Virus record (IMG/VR): IMGVR_UViG_3300028025_003274
Coordinates: 4,169-68,168 of that record
Reading direction: 5' to 3' (one strand)
Length of the DNA: 64,000 bases
Origin: a virus
Taxonomy: Duplodnaviria > Caudoviricetes
In this document: positions 49,400 to 56,058 of the stretch, piece by piece
Layout: every line of letters starts with the position of its first letter
Position numbering within the stretch: the stretch's first letter is position 1
Translations under genes and position numbers: made by a program
Notes under the pieces: model-generated
The model's input: the letters and a program-made list of their open reading frames with translations, nothing else
Databases searched by the model: none
What the model was told of the DNA's origin: nothing

Positions 49400-49424
49400 T
49401 ACATTTGCTACAGATCTTTGAAAT
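49400..49424 (+). promoter_or_regulatory. Bacteroidota -7 element followed by boxA-like GATCTTTGAAA
   Basis: TACATTTG at 49400-49407, GATCTTTGAAA at about 49414-49423. Confidence 0.4.
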
Positions 49425-49452
49425 AAAAAAAGGGCCGATGTAAATCGACCCT
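49425..49452 (-). terminator. Terminator of the minus-strand holin-like gene
   Basis: Minus strand AGGGTCGAT-TTAC-ATCGGCCC-TTTTTTT. Confidence 0.7.
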
Positions 49453-49479
49453 AGTGTTTTAAAAATAAACTTGGTTATA

Positions 49480-49641
49480 CTACTTCTTTTTAGAAGCAAT
49501 AGACCAACCAGCACCGACAAGTGTCATGATGCCTCCGAGTACTTCTTGGAATAATACGTCATCAACTAAACCTTTTGCAACGATAACGCCACCAACAAAG
49601 GTTAATGCATGTCTGATGAGTCCTAATACTTGATCTTTCAT
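49480..49641 (-). CDS. 53 aa two-TM putative holin (not in ORF track)
   Basis: MKDQVLGLIRHALTFVGGVIVAKGLVDDVLFQEVLGGIMTLVGAGWSIASKKK; own late box on minus strand (49688-49695) and own terminator. Confidence 0.75.
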   Translation of the reverse strand: MKDQVLGLIRHALTFVGGVIVAKGLVDDVLFQEVLGGIMTLVGAGWSIASKKK

Positions 49642-49715
49642 TTTGATTGATTTAAGTTTAAAAAAAATTCATAACATTTGATCACATATAAATATCTGAA
49701 AAACCAAAATAACAA

Positions 49716-50086
49716 GCCCGAAGGCCACGGGATCGAAAACTCAGGAACGCCTCTCTAATTGCCTTGAGATAGTATCGACTAGGATTACGAAGCGCACCAA
49801 TCCTCTAAATCGTTAGTTAGCGGTGTAAAGCAACCCCCACTGGAGAATAGGATTGCAATTAAGGTTGATTGGGATAGGGTTGCAGGGTAATGCCTGACCT
49901 GACAGGTTAGAAATGCCAATCGTAAAAGCAGATGTCCACGCACCCATCTTCTGCTTTCCTAAACTTTTGACACGCACGACAACTTGGAATGGTGCACGCT
50001 GAACAAGCTCTGTGAACGAACACGAAGAATACCTCACGGTGCGTAGGTAAGTATCAAGTTCTTCTGACTGTGGGGAATAGACCCAC
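49716..50086 (+). ncRNA. Unannotated structured RNA(s)
   Basis: GC-richer non-coding stretch with many short perfect stems and crossing pairings (see findings); strand inferred from neighbouring tRNAs. Confidence 0.6.
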
Positions 50087-50091
50087 TCTAT

Positions 50092-50168
50092 AGTCGGGAG
50101 GCGTAATGAGGAATGGTTCCAAGTCCTTTAAAAAGGTTGCTTTACCGGTTCGATTCCGGCCCTGACTG
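50092..50168 (+). ncRNA. Degenerate tRNA-like element
   Basis: Acceptor AGTCGGG/CCTGACT-G, T-arm CCGG-TTCGATT-CCGG; no canonical D or anticodon arm. Confidence 0.65.
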
Positions 50169-50169
50169 C

Positions 50170-50285
50170 GAGGCCAAAGTAACTTAAAGAGAGGGCCAAA
50201 TGGAGAATCTCGTAAACTATTCTTAGTTATGACGAGTGCGACCGCCGGTAAAGATCTCAGCAAGTGACACACGGGGAGAGACCCG
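50170..50285 (+). ncRNA. Possible structured RNA between tRNA-like element and tRNA-Leu
   Basis: CTCGT/ACGAG and AACTA/TAGTT stems; ends in TGACA-CA-CGGG-GAGAGA-CCCG hairpin. Confidence 0.45.
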
Positions 50286-50289
50286 ACCA

Positions 50290-50374
50290 GCCTCGGTGGT
50301 GGAATTGGTAGACACGCAAGACTTAAAATCTTGTTCGCTGAAAGCGAGTACGGGTTCGATTCCCGTTTGAGGCA
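50290..50374 (+). tRNA. tRNA-Leu(TAA)
   Basis: Acceptor GCCTCGG/TTGAGGC-A, D-loop GGAATTGGTAGAC, anticodon arm CAAGA-CTTAAAA-TCTTG, long variable arm, TTCGATT. Confidence 0.93.
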
Positions 50375-50376
50375 CA

Positions 50377-50680
50377 GCTGTTGTTCTTTGACATATAAGG
50401 AGAAATAAATTATGGAAACATTATCATTCATTTTAGGGATAGCGTTTGTGGTAGTTATTGTAATTGCAATAGTTGCTGTTTATGCTTTCGTTAAGGTAAA
50501 CAAAACAAGAAAAGAACTAGATGACACTCAAAGAGACGTATCTCATAACATAGAAGAAGTCTATAGGCACATAGGAGATCGTGCTGAAGAGATTATTCGT
50601 ATGGTAGATTCACGTTGTGACAAATTAGAAAACAAATTAATTAACAAAAAGTAAAATAAAATAAGTTAAAGAACAACAGC
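50377..50680. repeat. 16-bp inverted repeat enclosing ORF 50412..50654
   Basis: GCTGTTGTTCTTTGAC (50377-50392) vs GTTAAAGAACAACAGC (50665-50680); 15 Watson-Crick pairs plus one G:U. Confidence 0.8.
50412..50654 (+). CDS. Membrane-anchored coiled-coil protein
   Basis: N-terminal TM helix, C-terminal DSRCDKLE. Confidence 0.7.
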   Translation: METLSFILGIAFVVVIVIAIVAVYAFVKVNKTRKELDDTQRDVSHNIEEVYRHIGDRAEEIIRMVDSRCDKLENKLINKK

Positions 50681-50684
50681 AAAA

Positions 50685-50758
50685 GGACTTATAGCTCAGT
50701 CGGTTAGAGCATCTGACTCATAATCAGAGGGTCCCTGGTTCAAGTCCAGGTGGGTCCA
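50685..50758 (+). tRNA. tRNA with CAT anticodon, most likely tRNA-Ile2
   Basis: GGACTTA/TGGGTCC-A acceptor, TCTGA-CTCATAA-TCAGA arm; overall sequence resembles bacterial Ile2 more than Met. Confidence 0.88.
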
Positions 50759-50780
50759 CAAACTTTAAAAACAAACAGTT

Positions 50781-50951
50781 ATGACAGCACAAGCACTAAC
50801 AATGACAATCGCATGGGTATTATTAATCGCATCATGGATTATCCCATTTGCATTTAAAACAAAAGCAAACTCAAGAGTTATAGGGATTATTATATCTGCT
50901 ATATCTTGTGGCATGTTTTTATCTTCTTGGATCTTCACAATTTTTAAATAA
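50781..50951 (+). CDS. 56 aa two-TM protein (not in ORF track)
   Basis: MTAQALTMTIAWVLLIASWIIPFAF...IFTIFK; AAACAGTT-ATG leader. Confidence 0.55.
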   Translation: MTAQALTMTIAWVLLIASWIIPFAFKTKANSRVIGIIISAISCGMFLSSWIFTIFK

Positions 50952-50956
50952 CAATT

Positions 50957-51181
50957 ATGAAAGCAATATTAGAATTTAACTTACCAGATGATGATAGCGA
51001 GTTTACTTTTGCAACCAAAGGTTCAAAGTATTATGTAGCTCTTTGGGATATAGACCAATGGCTCAGAGCTAGAATTAAGTATGACGATACTGTAACCGGA
51101 GAACAGTATGAGGCATATGAAAAGACTAGAGAGGAGTTAAGAGACATAATGTCCAGCCGGGGTGTTAGCTTTGACGATTAA
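50957..51181 (+). CDS. Hypothetical phage protein
   Basis: MKAILEFNLPDD...LWDIDQWLR. Confidence 0.7.
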   Translation: MKAILEFNLPDDDSEFTFATKGSKYYVALWDIDQWLRARIKYDDTVTGEQYEAYEKTREELRDIMSSRGVSFDD

Positions 51182-51190
51182 AAAATACAA

Positions 51191-51814
51191 ATGAAAAACA
51201 GTAAGTTCTATGTAAAAACTCCTTTCAAAGAAAGACTGATTGACTTTATGAAAGGGTTATTGTTTTGGAAAGGCAGGAAAAAAGGCATGATCCATACTAG
51301 AGATATTAAGTGGGACGACATCCGTGCTGTGTTCTTTCCTAAAGACTTCTACGAGAAGTACAAATACTTAGGATCTGTACCATGGAAGGAAGATGGGGAT
51401 ATCTTTAAGGCTATGGAACCTTTAGTTATATTCATGGACCACAAGGCAAAACCATGGTGGTGTCCAAGATGGTTCTTAAGATTCTTACATTTGTTTGGTT
51501 CTGATAATTCCATTGTAAGAGTTAGGAACAGAGTTTTATCTAACTTGCTACAAAGAATAACTAAAGGCTATTTAATCTTTGATTATAAAACAAAGTGGCA
51601 TGATTACGATCTTAGAATCAGTGTACATGGCACTAGTCAGATGCAGGACCTGTCTGACGCAATAGAACGTAAATTCTACGATGATGGACTTAGGGTAGAT
51701 TTGTATGAACAAATCCTAGGACTAGACCCCCATACAAAGTATAGCTCAGGACATCTACCATCAGATTTAAGAAAAGAACTTGATAGGTTAGAAGATATTA
51801 ACGAAGAAAATTAA
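51191..51814 (+). CDS. Hypothetical phage protein
   Basis: KPWWCPRWFLRFLHLFG motif. Confidence 0.7.
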   Translation: MKNSKFYVKTPFKERLIDFMKGLLFWKGRKKGMIHTRDIKWDDIRAVFFPKDFYEKYKYLGSVPWKEDGDIFKAMEPLVIFMDHKAKPWWCPRWFLRFLHLFGSDNSIVRVRNRVLSNLLQRITKGYLIFDYKTKWHDYDLRISVHGTSQMQDLSDAIERKFYDDGLRVDLYEQILGLDPHTKYSSGHLPSDLRKELDRLEDINEEN

Positions 51815-51820
51815 AACAAT

Positions 51821-52954
51821 ATGCAGAATCAAAACTCAGTATGTTACGTAGCCAGAATAAATGAAATCAAACCAATCGAAGGGGCAGACAAGATTGAACT
51901 AGCTGTTGTAGGTGGATGGAATTGTATTATTCAAAAAGGCCAATATGCAGAAGGAGGCTTAGTAGTTGTAGCGACTACTGACGCTGTTATACCTCAGGAA
52001 CTATCTGATGCCATGAATGTAACCAGTTACTTACGTAAAGGCCAGAGAGTCAGAACTGTGAAACTAAAAGGAGTATACTCAGAATGTTTAATTATTCCAT
52101 TTAGTATGACAGTGGGAAGGACTAAGGTTGTCAAGACTTGGAAAGAAGGAGATGATCTAATGGAAGCAATGGGCGTGTTCAAATATGAACCTCCAGTTAA
52201 AACAATATCATTAGGCGGTGGTAGGAAGATAAAGTACAAAGACAATCCTAACTTTGGTGTTTACTACAAGTTTCCAAACATTAAGAACGTGCCTGATATG
52301 TTCACTGGAAGTGATCTTGTAGAGATTACAAGAAAGATACATGGCACCAATGCCAGATACGGTATTGTAAAAAAGAATAAGCTTTCTATTTGGGATAAGA
52401 TAAAAAGATTCTTTGGAGATCGTTGGGTAGGGTATGAGTTTGTTGTAGGCTCACACAACGTGGAGAAAGGATCTGATTCACAAGGATACTACGATACTAA
52501 TGTATGGTATGAGATTGCAGAGAAGTATAACCTAAAAGAGAAAATGTGGAACATAGCTAAGACTAGAGGTGTGGATGATATTGGTTCTGGAATGGTGTTA
52601 TATGGAGAAATATACGGAGCTGGCATTCAGAAAGGGTATGACTATGGGCTTAGTGAGATTAAGTTTGTTGGGTTTGATGTTATGATCAATGGTAAATATG
52701 TAGACACCCAAAAAGCTAAATACATTATAGAAGCGCACTTTAGAGTACCATATGTGCCTATTCTATACGTAGGATTCTGGTCTAAGGAAACCCAGGATTC
52801 ATATGTGATTGATAATTTTATCGAGGGTACTAAAGTGCCTCATGAAGGAGTTGTTGTGAAGGAAGTATCAGGAGACAGAAGAAAGATTGCTAAGGTTATT
52901 AATCCAGCATATCTTATCTTTGGGGAGAAGCATGATATTGGTGACTCTCATTAA
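51821..52954 (+). CDS. ATP-dependent RNA ligase (DRB0094/Rnl2-like, N-terminal OB domain)
   Basis: IEGADKIELA OB domain; motif I KIHGTN, YGEIYG, FDV, EGVVVK, AKVIN. Confidence 0.88.
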   Translation: MQNQNSVCYVARINEIKPIEGADKIELAVVGGWNCIIQKGQYAEGGLVVVATTDAVIPQELSDAMNVTSYLRKGQRVRTVKLKGVYSECLIIPFSMTVGRTKVVKTWKEGDDLMEAMGVFKYEPPVKTISLGGGRKIKYKDNPNFGVYYKFPNIKNVPDMFTGSDLVEITRKIHGTNARYGIVKKNKLSIWDKIKRFFGDRWVGYEFVVGSHNVEKGSDSQGYYDTNVWYEIAEKYNLKEKMWNIAKTRGVDDIGSGMVLYGEIYGAGIQKGYDYGLSEIKFVGFDVMINGKYVDTQKAKYIIEAHFRVPYVPILYVGFWSKETQDSYVIDNFIEGTKVPHEGVVVKEVSGDRRKIAKVINPAYLIFGEKHDIGDSH

Positions 52955-52983
52955 AAGTATATTTAAACGCATACTGGTTTTTG

Positions 52984-53058
52984 ATACCGCTTTACCGTTA
53001 GGAATGGGTATACCCCAGAACAGAATACAAAGTGGTATGACAGCTCGGAAAGACGAGC
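52984..53058 (+). ncRNA. Structured element upstream of tRNA-like gene
   Basis: 10-bp stem ATACCGCTTT/AAAGTGGTAT followed by GACA-GCTCG-GAAAGA-CGAGC hairpin. Confidence 0.55.
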
Positions 53059-53062
53059 AAAT

Positions 53063-53165
53063 AGTCAGGTGGCGGAATTGGTAGACGCATAGGTTGAAAT
53101 AGGATTTGCTTTAAAAAGCTACCTAACTCATTAAGGGTGTACAGGTTCGAGTCCTGTCCTGACTG
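53063..53165 (+). ncRNA. Class II tRNA-like RNA with 26-nt anticodon loop
   Basis: Acceptor AGTCAGG/CCTGACT-G, Leu-type D-arm GGCGGAATTGGTAGACGC, stem TAGGT/ACCTA, variable arm ACTC/GGGT, T-arm ACAGG-TTCGAGT-CCTGT. Confidence 0.8.
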
Positions 53166-53180
53166 CAAAAATAAAAGTAT

Positions 53181-53396
53181 ATGAGTCCATTAGAGTTAGC
53201 AACTAAAATCTATAACCATGTTACTGGTCTTAATAGAAGCAGAGAACAGTGGGATGAATGGGATGATAAACGAGAGATTGAATTTATTAAAAATCTAATT
53301 GTTGATAACGAACATAAACCAGTAAGAGAACATAAACGTTTTACCGATGAATGGGGTAAGAGTGATTGGAGAGACACTGGTGAAATGAAAGGATAA
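53181..53396 (+). CDS. Hypothetical protein
   Basis: 71 aa ORF, A-rich leader. Confidence 0.55.
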   Translation: MSPLELATKIYNHVTGLNRSREQWDEWDDKREIEFIKNLIVDNEHKPVREHKRFTDEWGKSDWRDTGEMKG

Positions 53397-53408
53397 AAAA
53401 ATAATATT

Positions 53409-53606
53409 ATGGACGAACAAGAATTTCTAGACACCCTAATTAATCTACCCGAAGAGGAAGCAACAAACAAAGCAAATGAGAACGGATATCACGTGAGAAT
53501 TACTCAGAGAGATGATAGAGTGTATATGATAACGTGTGATTTCACACTCAATAGAATTAATTTTCATATTGAAAATGGACTCGTAACAAAAGCAACAACT
53601 GGATAG
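53409..53606 (+). CDS. Small protein resembling potato-inhibitor-I/I78 fold
   Basis: VRI......MITCDF..NRINF.IENG.V.KA..G. Confidence 0.55.
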   Translation: MDEQEFLDTLINLPEEEATNKANENGYHVRITQRDDRVYMITCDFTLNRINFHIENGLVTKATTG

Positions 53607-53609
53607 ATT

Positions 53610-53879
53610 ATGAAAACATACAGAAAAATAGCAACAGTACAAGCTAAACTATTTGAAGAAGGAGATGAAGACGGATTTATACATCCTCAAGGGTTTATGG
53701 GAATGTTGGAAGATGCACACTGGGGGATAAAATCAACACCCATTCCATTTGTTAAGACGTTGGAAAACGATCATCACAAAGGAGAATTTGGTAAGCATTA
53801 TATATGTGAAGGTGTTAAAGGAGAGAGGTGGCTTGTAGAAAAGGAAATATTTGAATCAACATACGAAGAAGTAAAATAA
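53610..53879 (+). CDS. PGDYG-like hypothetical phage protein
   Basis: YRKIATVQA...KTLE...YICEGVKGERWLVEKEIFESTYE. Confidence 0.65.
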   Translation: MKTYRKIATVQAKLFEEGDEDGFIHPQGFMGMLEDAHWGIKSTPIPFVKTLENDHHKGEFGKHYICEGVKGERWLVEKEIFESTYEEVK

Positions 53880-53887
53880 AAACAGTT

Positions 53888-54163
53888 ATGAAAGAATACC
53901 AAATTATAAGGAAACAGTATATAGATGATCAGGGTAGAGAAGGTACTCCGTATTATGTAGTAAAATATAAGGTCCCATTTCTATGGTTTTGGAGGAGATG
54001 GAAATGGGTTAAACACGAAGTGTGTTATATGGATTGTTACAGAACTATAACTGAGTTTGATACTTTGGCGAAAGCACAATTATTCGTGAATAAGTTTATA
54101 TGTGGCGGAGAAATTCGTGATGGTTTTAAAAAGGAAATAGTTGAACATAAAGCTTGTAATTAA
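53888..54163 (+). CDS. Hypothetical protein
   Basis: 91 aa ORF in operon. Confidence 0.6.
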   Translation: MKEYQIIRKQYIDDQGREGTPYYVVKYKVPFLWFWRRWKWVKHEVCYMDCYRTITEFDTLAKAQLFVNKFICGGEIRDGFKKEIVEHKACN

Positions 54164-54169
54164 AATAAT

Positions 54170-54331
54170 ATGAAAACATTTGGACTATTTATGCTTTTAA
54201 TGCTAGTGTGGATACTAGCTACATTTAATATATTTAAAGGAGTTGGAGATCGTGAAATTCAACTAATGACTCTATCAGTACTAATGGCGTATATATCTTA
54301 TAAATTAATTAAAGACGAATCAAAAAACTAA
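54170..54331 (+). CDS. 53 aa two-TM protein (not in ORF track)
   Basis: MKTFGLFMLLMLVWILATFNIF...YKLIKDESKN. Confidence 0.5.
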   Translation: MKTFGLFMLLMLVWILATFNIFKGVGDREIQLMTLSVLMAYISYKLIKDESKN

Positions 54332-54334
54332 ATC

Positions 54335-54604
54335 ATGGAAAACAATCGTAGATCATTTTTTAAAGGACTAGCAGCATTCGCTAGCGGAGTAGTAGCAGCT
54401 AAAGTATCTGCTTATGTACCAAAGAAAGAAGAACCAAAAGAAGAGCCGATGGTAACTAGCCATGTTACTATTGTGCACGAAGGAGTAGAATACCATCCGC
54501 TTATTGTAAAGAAGACAGATGAAGATAAAATGATACCCCAACAACCAAAAAATCAATTCGACATAGTAGGATTCAAAGCAACACTCAGAAAAGCAAACGT
54601 ATGA
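54335..54604 (+). CDS. Small protein with twin-arginine (Tat)-like signal
   Basis: NRRSFFKGLAAFASGVVAAKVSA. Confidence 0.65.
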   Translation: MENNRRSFFKGLAAFASGVVAAKVSAYVPKKEEPKEEPMVTSHVTIVHEGVEYHPLIVKKTDEDKMIPQQPKNQFDIVGFKATLRKANV

Positions 54605-55035
54605 GCCTAGAACCAATTCATAAGTTTAACGGGGGTAGAGGGGCAACCCTCTGCCACTCCTGCAGAGTAATCATATCTGAAGGGTTTACAGACTATCTAT
54701 ACTGTCAGGAGTGCGATCCTGTGTACTACAAAGCAAAGCAGGAAGAAGAGCTGGAGGTTGATTATGATGATGAGTCAAAGTACAGATTGTATAGATCGGA
54801 CGGATTACAGAAAAGGGGACACAATGTTATGTGGATAGAGTGGAATGAAGATCGTACATTTAAAGCCGTCCATAAAGATCCGGCTGTAGGCAGGAGTCTT
54901 ATTTTAGATGGGAATAGATTTACTTACACCTGGTTGACAACTCCTGTAAAAGAAATTTTGGAGCAGAAAGAAAATTTCATTAGCTTTACAACAGAGAATA
55001 GCCAGTATAAACTGTACACGTATGAACAACATTGA
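54601..55035 (+). CDS. Zinc-finger hypothetical protein
   Basis: KFNGGRGATLCHSC...CQEC. Confidence 0.65.
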   Translation: MSLEPIHKFNGGRGATLCHSCRVIISEGFTDYLYCQECDPVYYKAKQEEELEVDYDDESKYRLYRSDGLQKRGHNVMWIEWNEDRTFKAVHKDPAVGRSLILDGNRFTYTWLTTPVKEILEQKENFISFTTENSQYKLYTYEQH

Positions 55036-56053
55036 TCGTCAGTATAAAGAACTTCTCGATCATATTCTACATTTCGGAGTAGATAAGAAAGATCGTACAG
55101 GTACAGGAACCAAATCAGTATTCGGTTGGCAGATCAGACACAACATGAAGGAAGGATTTCCATTGCTAACTACAAAGAAGATGGCTTGGAAAACTATGGT
55201 GACAGAGTTGATATGGTTCTTGAGAGGTGATACTAATATCAAATTCTTACACGATAATAATTGTCATATATGGGACGGTGACTATGAAAAATCAGGTAGA
55301 ACAGATGGTGAATTAGGTCCAATCTATGGTAAGCAATGGAGAAATTGGAACGGAAAACCAGAACAAATATCAAACTATGGTGGAGGTGATGTGAATCCAT
55401 ATTTTTGTGATTGTCAAGAACTTTTTGAGGATGGACATTCTAAAGTTAGAAAGAAAAATAAAGGTATAGACCAAATCTCAAACCTAATATCAGAACTCAA
55501 AACAAATCCAGATAGTAGAAGATTAATGGTTAGTGCTTGGAATGTAGGTGAATTAAATCAAATGGTACTTCCGCCTTGTCATTATGGTTTTCAAGTTTAT
55601 ACGAGAAAGTTGAGTTTAAAAGAAAGGTATAGCATTGCCAAATATGACTGGCCGCCAGATGGTTTACATAATGTAGCTATAAATCGTTTAGAACAACGAA
55701 ACATTCCAAGAAGAGCAATCTCTCTAATGTGGAACCAACGTTCAGTAGATACATTTTTAGGTTTGCCGTTTAACATTGCTTCATACGCACTACTACTTGA
55801 GATTATTGCTAAAGAAGTAAACATGGTCCCTGAAGATTTGATTGGTAATTTAGGTGATGTTCATTTATATAATAATCATATTGAACAAGCTAAAGAGCAA
55901 ATAACAAGAACACCATTTGAATTACCTAAATTAAAAATAGAAGATGAAGTAATATGGAAAGAATATGACTGTTTACCTTCATATAAAGTAGCTGATTTTA
56001 CTTTAGAAAACTATCAATCACACCCAGCAATCAAAGCACCCCTCTCAAATTAA
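55022..56053 (+). CDS. thyA: Thymidylate synthase
   Basis: DRTGTGT, FPLLTTKK, ELIWFL, LPPCH, QRSVD.FLGLPFN, GDVHLY.NH. Confidence 0.95.
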   Translation: MNNIDRQYKELLDHILHFGVDKKDRTGTGTKSVFGWQIRHNMKEGFPLLTTKKMAWKTMVTELIWFLRGDTNIKFLHDNNCHIWDGDYEKSGRTDGELGPIYGKQWRNWNGKPEQISNYGGGDVNPYFCDCQELFEDGHSKVRKKNKGIDQISNLISELKTNPDSRRLMVSAWNVGELNQMVLPPCHYGFQVYTRKLSLKERYSIAKYDWPPDGLHNVAINRLEQRNIPRRAISLMWNQRSVDTFLGLPFNIASYALLLEIIAKEVNMVPEDLIGNLGDVHLYNNHIEQAKEQITRTPFELPKLKIEDEVIWKEYDCLPSYKVADFTLENYQSHPAIKAPLSN

Positions 56054-56058
56054 AAATA

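Noticed and set aside
49890-50230. Hammerhead, HDV/theta ribozyme or RNase P identity for the structured region
   Set aside because: CTGAC..GAAA lacks the CUGANGA core, no convincing HDV nested pseudoknot follows the tRNA-like 3' end, and GAGGAA..AAGTCC is interrupted with no 3' RNase P motif; a covariance search is still needed
45567-53084. ORFs 45567..45920, 49813..50037, 50054..50431 and 52887..53084
   Set aside because: They overlap the tmRNA, tRNAs or structured RNA and have no protein-like features
50126-53118. Ochre suppressor reading (CT-TTA-AA loop) of the tRNA-like elements
   Set aside because: A 7-nt CTTTAAA loop is not closed by a pairing stem in either copy, and TAA is the main stop codon
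55022-56053. thyA as a base-modifying hydroxymethylase
   Set aside because: Motifs are canonical for dTMP synthase, including the dUMP-specifying Asn in GLPFN
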